Shown here one piece after another: positions 30,929 to 32,000 of a stretch of DNA of 32,000 nucleotides (positions within the stretch are counted from its first letter, which is position 1; each line of letters begins with the position of its first letter). The position numbers and the translations under genes are program-made. The DNA is from Planctomycetales bacterium (lineage in GTDB: Bacteria > 4484-113 > JAFGCY01), in contig CP060262.1 of the NCBI GenBank assembly GCA_022646745.1, forward strand, positions 1,740,001-1,772,000, written 5' to 3'. Under the pieces are notes generated by a model, which worked only from the letters and a program-made list of their open reading frames with translations, had not been told where the DNA came from and made no database searches.

Positions 30929-31369
30929 GTGGCGAAAAGCTCAGTCTGGTTATGCATTGTATGCTTTGCACTGCTGCTGGCAGGTGCCTGCGGCAGTTCA
31001 TCCACATATTCCTACCGCCTGCCGGCCGGCGTTGACAACAACCTGCGCATCGTGCGCGCCGGTGACCCGAACTCGGTGCTGGCCGACACGCAGGACAAGG
31101 GGCGGATCACGATGCGGGTCGGCGAGACGCTGACGGTCTCGGCGATCTACCGCTTCCGTTCTGCGATCTTCACCGGCACTGACGAAAAGGATGAATTCGT
31201 CACCGCGGACAGCAGCTGGCACTGGCTGGAGGCCGTGAATGACACACTCAGCTTTGACAACGGGGTGGTCACGGCACTCAAGCCAGGGGTGGACACGCTC
31301 AAGGCGGAGTACCGCGACAACGACATCTTCGAGGACTTCGACGCCAAGCTGGAAATCACCGTTGAATAG
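30929..31369 (+). CDS. Small lipoprotein, possibly an Ig-like (Big_2-like) fold, paralog 1
   Basis: Lipobox LLAGAC. ITMRVGETLTVSAIYRF...VTALKPGVDTLKAEY resembles bacterial Ig-like group 2 strands (not verified). Alternative starts are ATG 30872 and 30893. Confidence 0.75.
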   Translation: MAKSSVWLCIVCFALLLAGACGSSSTYSYRLPAGVDNNLRIVRAGDPNSVLADTQDKGRITMRVGETLTVSAIYRFRSAIFTGTDEKDEFVTADSSWHWLEAVNDTLSFDNGVVTALKPGVDTLKAEYRDNDIFEDFDAKLEITVE

Positions 31370-31426
31370 GGGCACGGTACCGGGATGGGCAGACGGATCA
31401 GGAAACCACAGTTACAGGAGCTGGAA

Positions 31427-31861
31427 ATGACAATCAACAGGATGGCGGGGATCTTCCTCGCAATGGTGGCGATGCTGGCGCTGGCCGCCTGCGGCGGTGG
31501 CGGCAGCGAGTACATGCTGCCCACCGGCCAGGACTACAGCCTGCGCCTCGTGAAGGGCGGCGACCCGAATGACGTGCTGGCCTCCACCGAGCGCAAGGGC
31601 CACATCACGATGAATGTCGGCGAGACGCTGAATGTCACGACGATTTACCGCTTCCGCTCGGCGATCGGCGACAAGGAGAAGGATGAGTTCGTCACGGCGA
31701 CCTCGGCCTATGTCTGGCTGGAGGACGTGAATGACAAGCTGAGCTACAGCAACGGCAAGATCACCGCGGTCAAGGCCGGGCTGGACACCCTGCTCGTTAA
31801 CTACGTTGACAACAATGCCAATGAGACCGTGTCCTGCCGGCTGGAGATCACGGTCAACTGA
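31427..31861 (+). CDS. Small lipoprotein, paralog 2 of the 30929 gene
   Basis: AGGAG SD then ATG. MTINRMAGIFLAMVAMLALAAC contains a lipobox. ITMNVGETLNVTTIYRFRSAI...KDEFVTA...ITAVKAGLDTLLVNY...LEITV is colinear with the upstream paralog. Confidence 0.82.
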   Translation: MTINRMAGIFLAMVAMLALAACGGGGSEYMLPTGQDYSLRLVKGGDPNDVLASTERKGHITMNVGETLNVTTIYRFRSAIGDKEKDEFVTATSAYVWLEDVNDKLSYSNGKITAVKAGLDTLLVNYVDNNANETVSCRLEITVN

Positions 31862-31884
31862 TCTTCATCGGATTGATCCACAGT

Positions 31885-31912
31885 GGGCCCGCTTCGGCGG
31901 GCCCTTTCTGCT
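31885..31912 (+). terminator. Rho-independent terminator
   Basis: GGGCCCGC (31885-31892), loop TTCG, GCGGGCCC (31897-31904), then TTTCTGCTTTCTG. Confidence 0.85.
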
Positions 31913-31939
31913 TTCTGCTCCCTGGCTCCGCCTAACAAT

Positions 31940-31996
31940 CTCCTTCTTCATTTACTTCTCCCACTTCTTCAACTATTCAGACTATCTACACTATTG
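31940..31996 (-). repeat. Reverse-orientation GAAGAAGT/GAATAGT-type array at the window edge
   Basis: The reverse complement caatagtgtagatagtctgaatagttgaagaagtgggagaagtaaatgaagaaggag shares ATAGTCTGAATAGTTGAAGAAGTG with 7913-7945. Confidence 0.75.
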
Positions 31997-32000
31997 CCAG

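Noticed and set aside
1-32000. tRNA, rRNA, integrase, transposase or phage genes that would mark a mobile island
   Set aside because: None was found on either strand by eye. Coding composition appears uniform apart from short AT-richer spacers, so I have no evidence that any block is a recently acquired island.

Overview
GC-rich bacterial chromosomal segment with strong G/C third-position bias, so nearly every real gene carries long antisense shadow ORFs. I support about 30 protein genes. I saw no rRNA, tRNA, CRISPR array, transposase or phage genes.

Recognisable genes:
- pepC 3' fragment
- inorganic pyrophosphatase
- two PAS sensor kinases plus an overlapping CheY-like receiver
- an isocitrate/isopropylmalate dehydrogenase-family enzyme
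- an RND permease and adaptor pair
- an ankyrin-repeat protein
- an M42 peptidase
- an S11 DD-carboxypeptidase
- a Cof-type HAD phosphatase
- an ABC exporter

The rest are family-less secreted, lipoprotein or membrane proteins, many of them in paralogous sets.

Things most worth a second look:
1. A minus-strand operon of three tandem paralogous 4-TM proteins (27400-29723) joined by 8-nt start/stop overlaps and flanked on both sides by hairpin-repeat elements.
2. A cluster at 19405-21602. Three paralogous Trp-rich helical proteins are interleaved with two tandem ~50-aa lmo0937/DUF5670-like membrane micro-proteins that the ORF track misses. Two SD-preceded micro-ORFs lie upstream.
3. A modular family of intergenic elements: inverted arrays of degenerate 7- or 9-nt tandem units, a recurring GNRA-tetraloop hairpin, and a recurring GCGCGCAA hairpin box. 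These occupy the convergent and divergent gene junctions. In one case they supply the last codons and stop of the RND pump gene.
4. Several genes with a TATAAT-like box only 4-7 nt upstream of the start codon and no Shine-Dalgarno, which suggests leaderless mRNAs.

All functional interpretations of the hypothetical clusters are inference. No database search was possible.
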